The position numbers were made by a program, and so were the translations under genes. A model generated the notes under the pieces. The model had not been told where the DNA came from. It saw only the letters and a program-made list of their open reading frames with translations, and did no database searches. From an uncultured Gemmatimonadales bacterium (GTDB lineage Bacteria; Gemmatimonadota; Gemmatimonadetes; Longimicrobiales; RSA9): a DNA stretch of 64,000 nucleotides. Of this stretch, positions 1 through 8,242 are shown piece after piece. Each line of letters begins with the position of its first letter. The stretch's first letter is position 1. The stretch lies in NCBI GenBank assembly GCA_963798085.1, contig CAWCRS010000008.1, positions 320,001 through 384,000 on the forward strand. Direction: 5' to 3'.

Positions 1-64
1 GCTCGCGCTCGATCGTGTAGCGGCTGGCAAGCGCCTGGCGGAGACCGTCCGGAATACCGCTCAC
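1..64 (-). CDS. 5' end of probable Ser/Thr protein kinase (partial, runs off window)
   Basis: GGAGG RBS then GTG; translates VSGIPDGLRQALASRYTIERE(L), the typical lead-in to the Gly-rich loop of Hanks-type kinases. Confidence 0.6.
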   Translation of the reverse strand, partial: MSGIPDGLRQALASRYTIERE

Positions 65-210
65 GTCACCTCCGGGCCGCGAGCGCCGGATGGGTGCGGC
101 TGATGGTTTCGGGTGAGGACCGCCGGATACGTGCGGCTGGGGATCTTCATCGCCGCCCAAGCTAGATTCCGGCGAGGGGGCCGTCCAGCGAACTCACGCC
201 TGCGGGAGGG

Positions 211-543
211 TCAGGTACGTTTGCGCGCGCTGCGTGTCTGGAAGTGAGCGCTGCCCAGGATCGCCACAGCGGAGAGCAGCGGGCCCGTGCCGAACACACC
301 GGTCAGCCCGCACAGGTTGCCGGCATCGGCCGGAGCACAGGCCACGGCGATCCCCGCCATCATCCCGACGACTCCGCCCACTGCGCCGGCGAGGACGATC
401 GTGAGCAGATAGCGCGCCGGCGAGATGCGCTCGCCGGAACGCGGCGTTCGCCGGTACGCCGCGTAGTAGATCGGCACCGCAATCACGGCGCCGACCAGCG
501 CCAGCGGACCCGCGGATAACACGCTGTACAGTTCCGAGCTCAT
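211..543 (-). CDS. small membrane protein (~3 TM), paralog of 2849..3178
   Basis: GAGG RBS + ATG (MSSELY...); hydrophobic segments; AGIAVAC-x6-NLCGLxGVFGxGPLL shared with second copy. Confidence 0.75.
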   Translation of the reverse strand: MSSELYSVLSAGPLALVGAVIAVPIYYAAYRRTPRSGERISPARYLLTIVLAGAVGGVVGMMAGIAVACAPADAGNLCGLTGVFGTGPLLSAVAILGSAHFQTRSARKRT

Positions 544-685
544 GCGCACCTCGCGTTCATTCTGCCTATTCTCGACCACGCGTGGGCAATTGCGTAGTTC
601 CAGTCCGACCCCAACCCGATCGTGTGCACCTGTACGCCACTCCAGGGACCGATCCGACGCGCTGGCACGGGACTGGCCGTAAGGT

Positions 686-1650
686 TCAGTCATACCGAGT
701 CACACCGAACACCGTGCCTCGCGCGCTGCCCAGTCCGCTCCATGCCAGCAGCGTGTTAGCCTTCTGCTTCATGCCCTTCACGGTATCGCCGCGCAGTACG
801 GCGAGGTTGGAACCCTCGGGGCTCCAGGCGAGCGCGTCGAAGTCCGCGGCCGCGGTGTTGAGCGCGCGCGTCTCGCCGCTCGCGAGGTCGAGCAGGTAGA
901 CGCCATTGCCCATGCGTTCCGAGGCGGAGACGGTGTAGGCCAGCAGGTTGCCCGCGTCGTCGAACTCGAACTGGTCGACATTGCCAATGTTGCGCACCGT
1001 GCCGCTGGCCAGCTCGCGCAGGATCAGGTCCGCGCCATCGAACTTCGCATCGGCCTGCGCCTTGTTGAGCCGCACCGCCAGGAACTTCGAGTCGGCCGAG
1101 AACTTCCATGACGCCGCGTTAGCGATCGAGGTCCGGACGCCGCTGGCGAGGTCGAGCAGCTCGAGGTGTCCGACGGGAGGCGTCGCCTGACCATTCTGTG
1201 CAGCACCGCGAGCGCCGCCGCCGTTGCCGCCGCGCCCACGTCCAGCCGCGCGCTCCGGCGGGTTCACGAAATAGGTGATCCAGTGCGAGTCGTCGGAGAA
1301 CTGTGTCGCGCCGCCGCCGCCGCGACCGCCGCGTCCCCCGCCTCCACCCGCGCGGCCACCGCGTCCACCGCCCAGTGAGGACGTGTAGTCGTGGGTTCCG
1401 TCGAGTTCCTTCACGTGCAGCAGCGGCTCGCCCTCGTTGGGCGAGTAGGTGAACGTGAGCCAGCGTCCGTCGTGCGAGAGGTCCGTCGATGTGATGCGGT
1501 TCCAGCGGGCGTAGTCCTCCAGGTTCAGGACCTTGAGGACACTCGCGGTACTTGCGTCGCGGTGGCCGGCGCCTGTGCGCGTGCGGCCTGGATGGGCGCG
1601 AACAGCAGGGCCAGCGCGAGCGCACGAAGTAGCGCTGCAGAGCGTCGCAT
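686..1650 (-). pseudogene. truncated secreted S9-family (prolyl oligopeptidase-like) peptidase, N-terminal propeller only
   Basis: Signal peptide MRRSAALL...AQA; frameshift ~1545 into KVLNLEDYARWNRITSTDLSHDGRW; TolB-like repeats (FSDDSHW, FSADSKF, WSPEGS); stops at 686 with no catalytic domain. Confidence 0.65.
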
Positions 1651-1741
1651 GGGGGAGTCTCCGGAAGTGGGAATGTGTGCGGGATCGATTATGACTTGCG
1701 AGTTCCCCAGCAAGACGGCTGGTCGAGGCCGTGTGCCATCA

Positions 1742-1813
1742 GGGATCAGGCGACGATGCCAGTCCCGTCAGACGCAGGGGATCGGGCGACGATGCTCGTC
1801 CCGTTACACGCGC
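1742..1813. repeat. imperfect 36-bp tandem duplication (29/36 identical)
   Basis: 1742-1777 gggatcaggcgacgatgccagtcccgtcagacgcag vs 1778-1813 gggatcgggcgacgatgctcgtcccgttacacgcgc. Confidence 0.8.
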
Positions 1814-2748
1814 TGGAAATTGAACGTCATGCCCACGGTGCAGATCGTGAGGGTGTGACCCACAATCCAGGCGTCGCCCACCTGGTCCTTGTCCATCAAG
1901 TCCGCGTGCAACTGCCCCATCCCATCCACCGCCCAGTGTCCCTGACTCTCGGTGCCGTCCGGACCCTTGAACCTGGCGGTGCCATCGGCGACGAACTCCA
2001 GCGCCAGCGGCCCCATGCGCCAGCGGCCCACAATGGCCTCGGCGAGCGGACGCGGATCGCGCGCCTCCATTGGTGGCGGCGTCACCGGGCGCATGAGCTG
2101 GTCCATGAGCGAGGACTGCAGCCCCGCCATCCGCGCGAGCGCCTCCCCGGACCGACCGGGATCGCGCGAGAGTGCGGCCATGCCCAGCGACTTGAGCGTG
2201 TCCAGCGTGAGCGCCGGGTCTCCCTCCGGCTGCGCGGGCCCCGCGACGGGCTCGAGATTGACCAGCCGCCGGCTGCGCGGCAGGTAGTACGCACGCACAT
2301 ACCCCGCGTTGGGCGCCGCCAGGTACCGCGTGCTCGTGGTCAGGAACATGGAACGGCCGACGAAAAGGTAGAAGTTCTGCAGCCTCTTGCCCGATGGGTT
2401 GAAGTTGCCGCGCTTCGAGATCGGGCCTTCGACCATTTCCACCCGCCCGTCGCGCAGATCCTGCAGCAGCCGGTTGCCCGTGCCCATTGCAGTCAGCGCC
2501 AGCAGCCCCGCCGCCAGAAAGGTCACCACCGCGCCCGGAAGCAGCAGCCACCCATTCGGCACGTCGCGCGGCGCGCGCAGCAGCAGGACCGCCATGCCTG
2601 CGAACACCAGTGCTATCAAGACGCGGTTGGACCGCCTGCGCCGCGCGTAGCTGCGCAGGTCTCGCTGCTGCTCATCGGTCAGGCTGCCGCTGCGATTCGC
2701 CTCCAGCGCGTCAGCCGGAAACGCGTCGGCCTGGAACTGCGCCATCAT
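1804..2748 (-). CDS. hypothetical membrane protein (2 TM + C-terminal beta-rich domain)
   Basis: 314-aa ORF with GGAGG RBS and two hydrophobic helices. Confidence 0.75.
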   Translation of the reverse strand: MMAQFQADAFPADALEANRSGSLTDEQQRDLRSYARRRRSNRVLIALVFAGMAVLLLRAPRDVPNGWLLLPGAVVTFLAAGLLALTAMGTGNRLLQDLRDGRVEMVEGPISKRGNFNPSGKRLQNFYLFVGRSMFLTTSTRYLAAPNAGYVRAYYLPRSRRLVNLEPVAGPAQPEGDPALTLDTLKSLGMAALSRDPGRSGEALARMAGLQSSLMDQLMRPVTPPPMEARDPRPLAEAIVGRWRMGPLALEFVADGTARFKGPDGTESQGHWAVDGMGQLHADLMDKDQVGDAWIVGHTLTICTVGMTFNFQRV

Positions 2749-2848
2749 TCACCTCCACGGATCCAATCGCTCGGGCTGCCTTCCACGGCGGAGCGGTACG
2801 CAGTCATCACGAATGCCGCGCACGTGCCGGAAGGGCACTAACCGACTG

Positions 2849-3178
2849 TCAGGTTCCGCGACGGGCATTTCGTGCCTGGATATGAGCCGCAACGACGATC
2901 GCCAGGGCGGCCAGCAGCGGTCCCGAGCCGAAGACGCCCGCCAGCCCGCACAGGTTGGCCGCGCCGCTCCCCGAACAGGCCACGGCGATGCCCGCGACGG
3001 TTCCGACGACATAGGCAGAAATCCCGGCCAGCAAGGTGGTCATCAGGTAGCGCACTGCGGATATCCGTCTGCGGGGAACGCCCGCGCGTGCCCGGCCAAA
3101 ATAGAACGGCACCGCGATCACGGCCGCGAGCAGCGCTGCCGGGCCAATCGTAATTGCCGTATCGAGCGCCGATTTCAT
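2849..3178 (-). CDS. small membrane protein, paralog of 211..543
   Basis: MKSALDTAITIGPAALLAAVIAVPFYF...AGIAVACSGSGAANLCGLAGVFGSGPLL aligns with the first copy. Confidence 0.75.
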   Translation of the reverse strand: MKSALDTAITIGPAALLAAVIAVPFYFGRARAGVPRRRISAVRYLMTTLLAGISAYVVGTVAGIAVACSGSGAANLCGLAGVFGSGPLLAALAIVVAAHIQARNARRGT

Positions 3179-3311
3179 GTGCGTGGAAGGCACCTCGGCA
3201 ACGCGCGTCTGATCACTTCGTCGTCACGATCCGTGCAGTAAGGACCGGATCGCGCTTCCGCGAAGATGCCTGCGAAGTGCGACCGACGTCAATGTCGCGG
3301 ACGTCGAGGCG

Positions 3312-5777
3312 CTATTCCTGGCGCAGTGCCGTCAGTGGATCGAGGCCGGCCGCGCGCCGTGCGGGCAGCCAGCTGGCGATCATTGCGACTGCCAGCAGGA
3401 ATGCGGTCACGCTGGCGTACGTGAGGGCATCAGTGGTGGTCACCTGGAACAGCAGCGAGGTGAGTGTGCGGCTGAGTGCGAGCGCGCCAAGCAGACCGAT
3501 GACGAGACCGGCGCTCACCACGGCGCCGCTCTGTCGCAGCACCATGGCGAGGACGTCGCGGGGGCGGGCGCCCAGGGCAATGCGCACGCCGATCTCACTC
3601 GTGCGCTGGCCCACCACGTAGCCGAGCACGCCGTAGATGCCGATCGCACCTAACAGCAATGCCACAGCGCCCGCGATCAGCAGCAGTGTCATGGTGAACG
3701 CCAGCCTCGCCGTGGCGCCGGCCACGATCATGTCCATGGAGCGGAGATGCCCCAGTGCGACGCCCGGATTCACCTGCGCGGCGGCGGCGCGCACGGCGCC
3801 GGCGAGGCTCATGGGTGGCACACTCGTGCGTACCACGAAGGCCATGCTGTGCACGCCCGAACCCACATCGTCGACCGGATCCAGTGCCGGCACGTAGACG
3901 ATTCCATACGCGGGCTCATCGAGTCGCTCGACGGGCGTGTTGCCCACGATGCCCACGACCGTGTACCACATGTCCTTGCTGGGGCCGTCCTCGAACATGT
4001 AGCTCATCTGCTGCCCGATCGGGTCCTCGTTCGGGAAGTAGAGGTCGGCGGCGCGGCGCGTCAGCACGATCGAGCCAATGCGCTGCTGATGATCCGCTGG
4101 CTGGAACACACGCCCGCGCAACACCGGGATGCGCAGGGTCGCGAAGTAGCCGGGAAGCGCCCGCCGGATCTGAACGAGCGGCGGCAGCTGTCCGGGCGGA
4201 ATGGGCCGGTTGCGCACCCGCAGTGGATCGCCCCAGCAGCCGCCCGTCAGCGGCAGGCACGTGACCGCGCCCGCGCTCTGCACACCGGGCAGCGCGCGCA
4301 GTCGTTCGAGCAGTGCATCGTGGTAGCCCACTGCACCCGCGCGCTTCTCGTAGTCGTGGCTGCTGAGTGCTACATCGAACGTCAGGACGTTGTCGGGTGC
4401 AAAGCCGGGATCCACGGCGCGCAGGCGCAGGAAGCTGCGCAGCATGAGGCCGGAGCCGACCAGCAGCACGAGCGCAAGCGCGACCTGTCCGGCCATGAGC
4501 GCATTGCGCGCGCGGAAACGGGCCCGGCCCGCGGTCGTGCTGCGTCCACCCTCGCGCAGCGCACTCGACAATGCACCCCCGCGGCGCAGCAGCGGGATCA
4601 GCCCGAACGCTGCGGCCGCGAACAGCGCCAGCAGCAACGTCCAGAGCAGCGTGCGCAGGTCGATCGAGACTTCGTTCAGTCGTGGCAGGTTGTCCGGACC
4701 GAAGCGCACCAGCAGGCGGACCGCCAGCGCGGCGAGTGAAAGGCCCACCGCTGCACCGGCGAGGGACAGCACGATGCTCTCGGACAGGAAGTAGCGCACG
4801 ATGCCGGCCCCGCCCGCGCCCAACGCACGCCGCACCGCCACGTCGCGCTGCCGGCCTTCCGAGCGGACCAGGAACAGGTTCGCGACATTGGCGCACGCAA
4901 TGAGCAGCACGAAGCCGACGACGCCGAGCAGGATCCAGAGCGCCGTGCGCACGGAACCAATGACGTGATCCTTCAGCGGCTCGGGCGCACCCGCCAGCCT
5001 CGCCGCATCCAGCGCCTGCTGCGTCACGGGATCACCCGGAAACGCCGCCTTCAGCCCCGCGATCAGCACAGCCATCTCGCGCTTTACACCGTCCACCGTG
5101 GAGCCAGGTGTCATGCGGGCAATGCTCTGATAGTTGAAGCCGCCCACCGACTTCGCCTGCTCCTCGCTGATCCGCTCCGGCACATACACCTGAATGCGCG
5201 GATCCGGGAAGGCAAACCCCGCCGGCATCACGCCGACGACTTCGCGCCCCACACCGTCCAGCCGGATCGTGCGTCCCACCATGTTCGCATCGCCGCCGAA
5301 GCGCGTGATCCACAGCGCATGACTGATGACGACGACGTTCGCATTGTCCTGTGCTTCCTTGTCCGTGAACCATCGCCCCAGCTGCGGGCGCACGCGCAGC
5401 GCGTCGCCCAGGGACGCGGTCGCATCGAGGCCGATGAGACGGTCCGGTTCACCGGTCCCTGTCAGCGTCACCTCATCATCGCGGAAAATCGCCAGGTCCT
5501 GGAAGCTGTGCGCACGTTCGCGATAGTAGCGATACAGTCCCTGTGAAAGCCCGATCGGACCGGGCAGCTGAATGCCTGGCGCGATATGATCCACCCAGAC
5601 GAGACGCTCGGGTTCGGGCCAGGGCAGCGGCCGCAGGATCACGCTGTTGACCACGGCGAAGATGGCCGTATTCGCGGCAATCCCCAGTGCCAGCGTGAGC
5701 GCCGCGGAAAGGGCAAACGCAGGGCTGCGCGCGAGCCGGCGCAGCGCGTGTCGGAGTTCGCGGAAGTTATCGAGCAC
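3312..5777 (-). CDS. ABC transporter permease, duplicated MacB/FtsX (ADOP) family
   Basis: LTLALGIAANTAIFAVVNSV, LLIACANVANLFL, QRTSEIGVRIALGA, WLPARRAAGLDP motifs; 821 aa. Confidence 0.93.
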   Translation of the reverse strand: MLDNFRELRHALRRLARSPAFALSAALTLALGIAANTAIFAVVNSVILRPLPWPEPERLVWVDHIAPGIQLPGPIGLSQGLYRYYRERAHSFQDLAIFRDDEVTLTGTGEPDRLIGLDATASLGDALRVRPQLGRWFTDKEAQDNANVVVISHALWITRFGGDANMVGRTIRLDGVGREVVGVMPAGFAFPDPRIQVYVPERISEEQAKSVGGFNYQSIARMTPGSTVDGVKREMAVLIAGLKAAFPGDPVTQQALDAARLAGAPEPLKDHVIGSVRTALWILLGVVGFVLLIACANVANLFLVRSEGRQRDVAVRRALGAGGAGIVRYFLSESIVLSLAGAAVGLSLAALAVRLLVRFGPDNLPRLNEVSIDLRTLLWTLLLALFAAAAFGLIPLLRRGGALSSALREGGRSTTAGRARFRARNALMAGQVALALVLLVGSGLMLRSFLRLRAVDPGFAPDNVLTFDVALSSHDYEKRAGAVGYHDALLERLRALPGVQSAGAVTCLPLTGGCWGDPLRVRNRPIPPGQLPPLVQIRRALPGYFATLRIPVLRGRVFQPADHQQRIGSIVLTRRAADLYFPNEDPIGQQMSYMFEDGPSKDMWYTVVGIVGNTPVERLDEPAYGIVYVPALDPVDDVGSGVHSMAFVVRTSVPPMSLAGAVRAAAAQVNPGVALGHLRSMDMIVAGATARLAFTMTLLLIAGAVALLLGAIGIYGVLGYVVGQRTSEIGVRIALGARPRDVLAMVLRQSGAVVSAGLVIGLLGALALSRTLTSLLFQVTTTDALTYASVTAFLLAVAMIASWLPARRAAGLDPLTALRQE

Positions 5778-5897
5778 GCGCGCTCTACAATGCGCCGCGC
5801 ATTCAGGTTTCGTGACGAGCGCCGGACGGTGGCCAGGGCAGGGGTGAGCAGCTACGGCCCGCGCCGGATGGCCGGTGCGTCGCGGTCTGTGGAGCCG

Positions 5898-6311
5898 CTA
5901 CCGCGGCTGAGCGCCGGTCGCGCGATGCTCCACCCACTCCACGCGTCCCGCGCGAATGGCGTCTCGCACCCGCCGCTCGCGCGCACTGAGGTCCCCACCC
6001 GCGGTCTTCACCTCGACGAAGACGACACGCTGCACGTCGCCATCGGACAGGCCATCGAACACCACGAAATCGACGGGCGAGCCGAGGAAGCGCGCATCCT
6101 TCGGATTGAACCGGAAATCCGGCAGCCAGGGCACCAGCTGCTCGTACACCTTGCCTACGGTCACCGCCATGCTGCGCTGCACGGCGTCGCGCCGCACCGT
6201 GCGCGTGTAGCGCAGCTTCCAGAGCTGCGCGTAGAGAAAGGAGAGCGTCACGCCGACCGCTGCTCCGATCACCAGAAACACAATGCCATTGGTCGACAGG
6301 GCCTGGCTCAA
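5898..6311 (-). CDS. Holliday junction resolvase-like PD-(D/E)xK endonuclease (Endonuc_Holl-like) with N-terminal TM
   Basis: RRDAVQRS..V..GKVYEQLVP...FNPKDARFLGSPVDFVVFDG...FVEVKT; TTG start after GAGG. Confidence 0.85.
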   Translation of the reverse strand: MSQALSTNGIVFLVIGAAVGVTLSFLYAQLWKLRYTRTVRRDAVQRSMAVTVGKVYEQLVPWLPDFRFNPKDARFLGSPVDFVVFDGLSDGDVQRVVFVEVKTAGGDLSARERRVRDAIRAGRVEWVEHRATGAQPR

Positions 6312-6478
6312 GGGATTACCTCGCTGGCGTGACCTAACCGTGTGTTGAGGCAGACGGCAGTGCCGGACTGTTTCAGGATGCGGCACGCGCCACCACGGCA
6401 CAACTGCCTGATCACTCTGTTCGCCGCTGGCCAGAGGCGAGGAGAGTCGCGAGCGGCAGCGTCGTGGCGGAGCTTCGA

Positions 6479-7045
6479 CTATCGGAACAGCGTCGAGAGT
6501 GGGAGGGTGAAGCCGGGAACCGCCGTCTCGCCGTCGAGGGAATCCGTTTCGCTCAACTGCGTGATCGAGCCGTCCTGCCGGTACACAGTAGCCGTGCGCT
6601 TGTGTGGGTCGATGGCCCAGATCAGCGGGATCCTGGCCTCCAGGTAGTCGCGAATGCGCTCCTGCCCGCCGGGTTTCTTCCTGCTCTTCAGATCGATTTC
6701 GACCGCCAGTACCGGCATGAAGCGCGCGAAGTGCTCCCCGGGCTCGCCGTGCTCTTCGATCTGTGCTGCGGTGAGGTATGCGATATCGGGACCGCGCAGG
6801 CGCCGTGGATCGCGCGCCAGAGGCAGTACGAAACCGGCATCGGTGATTACGCGCCCGCCCAGTTCGTGAGCCTCAATGTGATTGAGCAGCTGCTGTCCCA
6901 GCTTGATCATCAGCCATCCGTGGATCGGTGATGCCGGACGCACGGGAACCAGCTTTCCGTCGACCAGCTCGTACCCGCTGAGATGTGCGGGTATGTCCAT
7001 CTCGAGGATGTCGTCCGGTTCGATTTGTCTGGGCTGTGTGGCCAT
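6479..7045 (-). CDS. Uma2 (DUF820) family endonuclease
   Basis: YELVDGKL..P..P.HG, RGPDIAY, LAVEI, WAIDP, PGFTLPLSTLF. Confidence 0.9.
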   Translation of the reverse strand: MATQPRQIEPDDILEMDIPAHLSGYELVDGKLVPVRPASPIHGWLMIKLGQQLLNHIEAHELGGRVITDAGFVLPLARDPRRLRGPDIAYLTAAQIEEHGEPGEHFARFMPVLAVEIDLKSRKKPGGQERIRDYLEARIPLIWAIDPHKRTATVYRQDGSITQLSETDSLDGETAVPGFTLPLSTLFR

Positions 7046-7217
7046 GGAAGTTTCCCGCTGCTGGTCTCCCGCAATCTAGCCGCGTGGCGTGTCTCGCTCA
7101 ATTCGGTTGTCATTGGCGCGATGCTGCACGGCGCAGCCGGGCGAGACCATGTCAGATTGGGTCATTCGCACGACTCATCGAGCGCGGTGAAAGCCGCGCT
7201 CCCTTTGCGCCGCGACC

Positions 7218-7697
7218 TCAGAACGAATCGGCAACGACGCGGATGGACCGCGGCCGGGCCTGGCCGGTGAAGTCCCGGCCGCGCGTGATGAAACCGCGAC
7301 GCTCCAGCGTCTTGATCATCTCGTGGACGGAGGGAGCGGAAACCATGAAATGCTGCTGCAGGTCCGTTTCGGCGGGCGACACACCGTAGTGCGCCATGTA
7401 CTTCATGATGAAATCGAGGTACTCCCGCTGGCGAGCCGTAGGCGCGTCTTTCGATCGCGCGGCCTTCGGCCGGGCAATGTCATGAAGCACGACGGACATG
7501 CCCTCCGTCGTCCGCTGGATGACCAACGCGGACTCGTCGGTGAAGCGGAGCGTGATGTGGGTCTCGTTCGCCTCGAGGTGCGATACGATGCGTCCCTGCA
7601 GCAGCTCGGACAGCTTCCTGGCGTCCAACTGTGGCCTCCGTCGGTCCGTTCGTTCACGATCACGGGCGCCAGACGGCGCCGTGCATCCTTCCGTCAT
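7218..7697 (-). CDS. LexA-type DNA-binding (winged HTH) protein lacking the S24 peptidase domain
   Basis: PTARQREYLDFIMKYMAHYGVSPAETDLQQHFMVSAPSVHEMIKTLERRGFITR...PRSIRV at the C-terminus. Confidence 0.75.
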   Translation of the reverse strand: MTEGCTAPSGARDRERTDRRRPQLDARKLSELLQGRIVSHLEANETHITLRFTDESALVIQRTTEGMSVVLHDIARPKAARSKDAPTARQREYLDFIMKYMAHYGVSPAETDLQQHFMVSAPSVHEMIKTLERRGFITRGRDFTGQARPRSIRVVADSF

Positions 7698-7699
7698 GT

Positions 7700-8017
7700 G
7701 CCAGCGTTGCAACAGATCATCGGTCTGACCGGCGACGGCCGCACGCGCATTCGAGCCGCGCCCATCCGGAGCCGAGCAACGCATCGCACTCAGTGTGCTG
7801 GCGACGTGTGTGCGCGCCGTGTGAGCGCGGCCTCTCCGCGCGGAAGGTAGATCAGATGCGGGAGGTCGGCGCAGGACATGCACCGGGGCCGTTCGCCCTC
7901 GAGCCGCAGAAAGCGCCCTGACACGAGTTCCTCGCCGCACTCGGCGCACGTGGACTCGCGAATGATCTCGAACACCACGATTTCGTTCGACTAAGCCGCT
8001 GGCTCTGGCTCTGGCAT
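7700..8017 (-). pseudogene. DUF2293-like protein remnant (nonsense codon, frameshift, internal deletion)
   Basis: MPEPEPAA*SNEIVVFEIIRESTCAECGEEL...CMSCADLPHLIYLPRGEAALTRRA, then other frame STLSA...ARAAVAGQTDDLLQRW; central part missing. Confidence 0.6.
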
Positions 8018-8033
8018 GGCAATGAGATCGAGA

Positions 8034-8210
8034 TCAGTCCGATTGCCCCACTGTACCAGCCCGCTGCTGGAGATCACCCAGCACGCCCTCGATCTGCTCC
8101 AGCGACGCCCGCAGATCCTCCGCAATCTCCTCTGCCAGCACGTGCGGGTCCGGCAGGTTCGCCGAGTCCTCCAGCGACTCGTCCTTGAGCCAGAAGATGT
8201 CGAGGTGCAC
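8034..8210 (-). pseudogene. hsdM: C-terminal remnant of type I RM methyltransferase HsdM
   Basis: Not in ORF track; translates VHLDIFWLKDESLEDSANLPDPHVLAEEIAEDLRASLEQIEGVLGDLQQRAGTVGQSD*, matching the conserved HsdM tail LDIFWLKDESL...LPDP..LA.EI.EDL. Confidence 0.8.
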
Positions 8211-8242
8211 TTCCGGGGTTCCATTCGATGCATCCCCCCCAA

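Noticed and set aside
544..685. Possible VWA-like fragment (VQVHTIGLGSDWN) on the minus strand
   Set aside because: Too short, no start codon or further motif support
1742..1813. Mini CRISPR array
   Set aside because: Only two units, the 'spacers' are themselves homologous, and there are no cas genes
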